Source: Marsupella aquatica
Lineage: Eukaryota; Plantae; Marchantiophyta
DNA length: 64,000 bases
Assembly (NCBI GenBank): GCA_973895155.1
Contig: OZ316897.1
Coordinates: forward strand, 21,737,455 to 21,801,454
Reading direction: 5' to 3'
The translations under genes and the position numbers were made by a program. The notes beneath the pieces are model-generated. The model did no database searches and had not been told where the DNA came from. It worked only from the letters and a program-made list of their open reading frames with translations. Below are positions 59,330 through 64,000 of this stretch, one piece after another; positions within the stretch are counted from its first letter, which is position 1, and each line of letters starts with the position of its first letter.

Positions 59330-60765
59330 ATGACTAGTGCAAAGTATGAAGTGGAGGAATTCACTGCGCGCAATAACTTCACATTATGGAAAGAAAACAT
59401 GAAGGACATTCTTGTTTCCTAGGGCTTCGGTTCAGCATTTAGTATAAAGTCATCCTCCATGACTGATGAGGAGTGAGACTACATTGAAAATTGTGCTCTC
59501 ACTTTGATTAGGCACATGGCACCTAAACTTTTTACGTAAGGTTACGACGTAAGACATAGTTATAAAGTTGTGGGATCGACTAAAGTTGATGTATGAGAAC
59601 ATGTCATTGACAAATTGACCATACACAAGCTTGAAGTTGATGAACTTCAAGATGACTAAAGGTAAAACTATGCATGGTTTTAATTTAATCGTTGCAGAGT
59701 TGACAAGTCTTAATGAGAAGGTGGAGGATGAGAAGAAGACACTTCATTTGCTGACTTTCTTGCCACTCTCATATGAGAACCCAGTCTAGAAATCTATTAA
59801 GGCAAAAAAATGTTGGCCTATGATGAGACGATGAACACTCTACTGTCAGACAAAATGCAAAAGAAGATACATCTAGTGGTTTTTCTTTTTCATCTGAATC
59901 AACACTAGTAGTTACGAGGGGTTGGTCACAACAACATTTTACAGGCTCTTCTAGTAAGATCAAGGCTTCCCTAGATCAAAGTCACATGAATCAAAGGGTG
60001 TCGAGTGCTGGAAATGTGGTTAGAAGGGCCATATTAAGAGGAATTGCAAGAACAGTGTTGGCATTCAAAGTCAGACAAGTTTTGTTACTTTGGATGATGA
60101 TGTTAGTTTTGCCTTATGTACTGATTTCCGGGTCGGGGACTCACTTCAGTGAATTTTGAATTCTACATGTTTTTTTCATAAGTGTCATGGTAGGAAGGTT
60201 TTTTGCACTATGAGCCAAAATTAGGGAACGTCTTGATGTGGAATAATCAACCTTGTCAAGTCATTGACATAGGTCTCGGGGGCCTCAATCCAAGAGGTGT
60301 TCCATATCACGCGCAAAGTTTTGGGGGAATAAACACCCTAAAACTTAAATCAATAAAGTTTTTTTTAGGAATTATTTTACCCTTGACAAATTTGATTTTT
60401 AAAAATCTTATGATTCTTATAATTATCAATATTGGATTAAAATAACCCTAATGTTTTTCAACAAAAATTTAAAAGTATTTCACTAAACCCAATAATTAAA
60501 AACCCTATACTTATTTGTGCGTGATGGGTCGGAAGAAAATAAGTGAGGACCCCGGGGCATAGGTACAATGCGCATTCAACTGTTTGATGGAGTTGTGCGC
60601 ATGTTGACAAACACATTACATTCCGGATTTAAAACATCTCTTTAGGAGTATTGGAGACGCCTGGTTGTCAGTGGAGTACATCCAATGGAGTTTTAGGGGC
60701 CACACATGGTCCTCTAACGATGATGGAAGGTATAAAGTAGGGTAATCTATATATTCTGGTAGGCA
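59330..60765 (+). pseudogene. Older Copia gag-protease relic
   Basis: AKYEVEEFTARNNFTLWKENMKDIL; CWKCG*KGHIKRNC; CQVI(G)IGTMRIQLFDGVVR..GNLYILVG, which parallels the Copia ORF at 55424-55930. Confidence 0.75.
60275..60556. mobile_element. 282-bp MITE, hAT-like by TSD length, inserted in the Copia relic
   Basis: TIRs CTCGGGGGCCTCA and TGAGGACCCCGGG (11/13); 8-bp TSD ACATAGGT/GCATAGGT; removing it restores the Copia reading VIGIGTM. Confidence 0.75.
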
Positions 60766-63415
60766 TCAAAGTGAGTACCCTTATCACTCACAATCTCTAA
60801 GGATGGACCAAACCTAGTAAAATTTTGTCCTATATACATGAATCTAGTTGCTGGTAAAGACAGTTTCATATATACTTAATTTTTTTTTCATTAGAAACAA
60901 GGATCAAAATGCGAGCTTTATTGATTGGAAACATTTTTAGAAATTGATTGATTGCAGTACTATACCGCCCGACCATAGGGGTAAACCTTTTGCTATTCTT
61001 CATGGTTGCAATGTCAGGCATAATGATTACTATTGCTTTCATTTGCAAAAGTTTCAATAACATCTGTTTGCAAAATATTTCTATGTTCCAAAAGCATCCC
61101 ATAGTGCGCCTAAACATGTTCGGAATCATGCACCAATTGTATTATTGTCTGCAAATTCTGTCGAGAGTAAGGGTATAATTTTGCGTACTGGGGACTTGGC
61201 TTCAATATACGCTTCTTGGCAATTTCAACCTCTAGTATATTTGTTGATGGACTATTGATTTACAGACTCAGAAAATAATATAAAAGGGAGGGGGAAGAGA
61301 CTGACATTTCACAACTGCCATACCTTAATGATCATCTGAGAAGATGGATTACTCCATGCACAACTAGATCCCCATAGAATGATTCTCATCTGGGATAACA
61401 TAATCTTGGGAAGCCGATACTCCCATGCGTTACTGCTCTTCATCCTGAACGAATTTTGTCTACAGTGCTCAACGAAGTCTTGGTCGCTTCTAGTGGTTGA
61501 TTGATTGATTAAAAGTCAATCTATAATGGCAGGTGCTATGCCGGAAGTCCAGAAATCTTTCAGGATTCTTGAAATCTTCCTTACGCTCCTGGGAGTTGGC
61601 GCCACCCTGCTTCCCCTGATCCCCTTACTCTTTAAATTGGTCTTTCTCGGTAGAGTTCGAAACTGAGCTTGAGGATGAAGGACGTCAGTCACAGGGTCAC
61701 GAGAAGAGGAGGAGGTTGCTGAAGACCCATAGTGGAGTGGAGAGTTCTGTAGCATGAGCGGAGTGAGGGAGTTCTGTACTGTGCTTGCTCAGTTTAGAGG
61801 AGAAACATATGCTGTGAGAGGGTTTTTGAGTTCTGGGTTCTTGATGGGTTCTTGCTTCGCGTGGGCTCCAAGAATGCTGTTGCAACTCGTCTGGTCCCAA
61901 TTCTTGAAATGGGGCCGGCGTGACATTCGATCGTAACGCTCAGTCTGTGACATGAGATACATACGGAAGTGGGCTAGGTGATGAGTGGAAACGGACACTC
62001 GAGAAAGAACGATGTACGTCCAAGTCCTGTCCAATTACTTGTTCATATGCTGACTGTCTTCCGTTGAATCTGCGCTTCTAGCTGCACCAGTTCAAATCTT
62101 CTTCCGAATTGGCATCATCTAGTAGTTGCAGAGGTTGCTCTTTCTGTACTTCTTTCTCTTCTTTCCCTTCTTTCTTCGTCCCGTTCTTTCTTTCTTTGTT
62201 TCTTTCTTGCATTCTTTCTTTCTCGAAGAAGATTTGATAAAGTGCAATTTGGAGCTGAACAATGTGGGAGTCTTCTGTTAACTGCGTACTTATCTCAGAC
62301 CTGCTGGTGCAGCAGATCTTCCGCACTGCTGGGTCTCTCCTCCATCTGGTCTTTTTCTCCTTCTTTCCTCTCGCTTTCTAAAATCCAAAGATTTCCAAAT
62401 CACTCGATTTCTCCTTTTGACCGTCATTTGTTGAGGGCGAACTTTTTCCCTGCAAAACGAGCAGGTCTTCAGAAACGCGCACCAACAAACGGCCTTGTTG
62501 CAGCTATGGTTATTTTTTTTAATTTGGGGGTTCATTCGCACCAGCTGTGCCTGTTTTGGTAGTGAGTCCTGTTTGAGAGCCAACTTTGTTAGCTGCTGTA
62601 GAACAGTCTTCCGAGCTGCCACCTTTGGTTTTCTTCGATAGTTTATTTACTCTCCCTCTTCGGTTGAGTAGAATGAGTTTGGAACTGGTGTAGTTGGTTG
62701 CCTTGGTTCAATCTGCTGGTACTCCCAATTTGTTGCGTGTAGTTTGATTGTCTTCTTCTCATAGTGGACATTCACATGGGGGCTGGAGGTCATCCACACT
62801 GACACCAACTAGCATTTGCAGCAGCAGCAGCTGTCTGTCTTTCTTTCTGTTAATTTGGTTCACTTTGTCAGTCTTCTAGTCAGCTCGAAGATTTTGTACT
62901 AGTGTAGGTCTCCCGAACTGGAGAGCTCCCGGCATCTGCTGCAGCTTGTAAATTTCTTCGTTCTTTATTTAATACAAAGAACCGAAGGCGTTTTTTTTGG
63001 GATTATTGTATTGGTGTGTACAATACGAGACTCTTTTTGAAAACGAAAATTCGTCTCTGGCGGAAAGGTCGTCTTCACTGGCATTGATTCGCAATTGCAG
63101 TTCCTCTTGTTCTTGCTTTCCTCTGTTGCTCTTGGTGGATTGATTGAGTTGGCAACGGCCCAGGCATAAGGGAGGACTGATCGTCACCTATCCTGCTGAG
63201 CCATTCTTTGCGTTGGGTATTTGATGCAGGTAGCTCACCTAGGTTTTGTAAAGTAGCAGCTGTGGAGAGTTGCCTGTCGAATTGAAATTGTTTCAAAATC
63301 TCTGGAGTATAAGAGAGAAGACAAGGAGATCCGGGTTGCAAGGCTCGTGACAGGGTGTGGGGAGTATATAAGCATGGATTTTCACAGCCCCACTCCCTTG
63401 CAAGCACGAGCCCCA

Positions 63416-64000
63416 ATGACAATTTATCTAGTGCACAGAACGCAATGGTACAAATATTTCCACTACCGGAAATGGCGTTGTGACGAAACGACAGACTTGA
63501 TGGGGGCCCACACCACTCTGGACGGAGCGCATGCTGCTGTGGTCCTCGATTTCAAGAAGAAGGCCGAGCTCAGCCGCACTCGATGGTTGCCGGAGCTCTG
63601 GAAAGAGCAGAGAGACAAGAACATCGAAGAATGGCCGCCCGGCAAGCAATTTATGTACATTAATCAGTTCATGAACGAGAGGAAACGAGAGGATGCAGAG
63701 GTGGACGTAGGGTGGACGTACATAGTGACCAACACGACGCTTTGGCAGCACGACAAGAAGAGAAAGAACTCCGACATTGCAGCCGAGACAGACGAGAAAC
63801 TGGGGACTAAGGCCAAAATCAAGACATACGAAAAGCTTCAACTGGTAGTTGTGAAGGAGGACAATGATGACATCTTCGAATTCAACAAAGAGAACAGCTG
63901 CCCTTCATGTGTGAAACTTCTATCCAAAGAGCCTGAAACACCCAGCGTAGAGGGCACCAGATTTTCAGCAGAGAGGAGAAGTCTTGGATACTATTGCCAG
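63416..64000 (+). CDS. Unknown protein, ORF open to the window end (at least 195 aa)
   Basis: ATG at 63416, TATATAA at 63365-63371; MTIYLVHRTQWYKYFHYRKWRCDETTDLMGAHTTLDGAHAAV.. with no stop through 64000; absent from the ORF track because it is unterminated. Confidence 0.5.
   Translation, partial: MTIYLVHRTQWYKYFHYRKWRCDETTDLMGAHTTLDGAHAAVVLDFKKKAELSRTRWLPELWKEQRDKNIEEWPPGKQFMYINQFMNERKREDAEVDVGWTYIVTNTTLWQHDKKRKNSDIAAETDEKLGTKAKIKTYEKLQLVVVKEDNDDIFEFNKENSCPSCVKLLSKEPETPSVEGTRFSAERRSLGYYCQ

Overview
Repeat-rich nuclear DNA from a land plant; the TE mix and accessory-ORF style suggest a non-seed plant, which is inference. There is one clear host gene, a 5-exon REI1-like/ZNF622 60S maturation factor (minus strand, 40791-43252), plus a RING relic and an orphan ORF running off the right end. 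The rest is nested mobile DNA. (1) A very young, full-length Athila-like Ty3/gypsy element (4404-17952; 1390-bp LTRs, TSD GCATC). Its gag-PR-pol lies in one frame with two TGA stops, the second followed by the CAATTA readthrough motif. It also has duplicated PPTs around an 857-aa accessory ORF plus a second protease-like ORF, and phased arrays of a GACGCT-N6-AGCGTC palindrome in the LTRs, the leader and upstream of the accessory ORF. (2) A 4.0-kb TG..CA element with a 5-bp TSD and no internal direct repeats, probably a solo LTR, that itself carries a decayed accessory-type gene. (3) A decayed gypsy element with non-canonical AGT..ACT LTR ends, inserted in a CRE-like RLE non-LTR relic. (4) A Copia element lacking its 5' LTR but ending in an inverted gag fragment followed by an apparent TSD. 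(5) MITE-like elements, older LTR relics and an extremely AT-rich tract. The best candidate for an undescribed system is the Athila-like element's accessory cassette with its palindrome arrays. All coordinates and alignments were read by eye.
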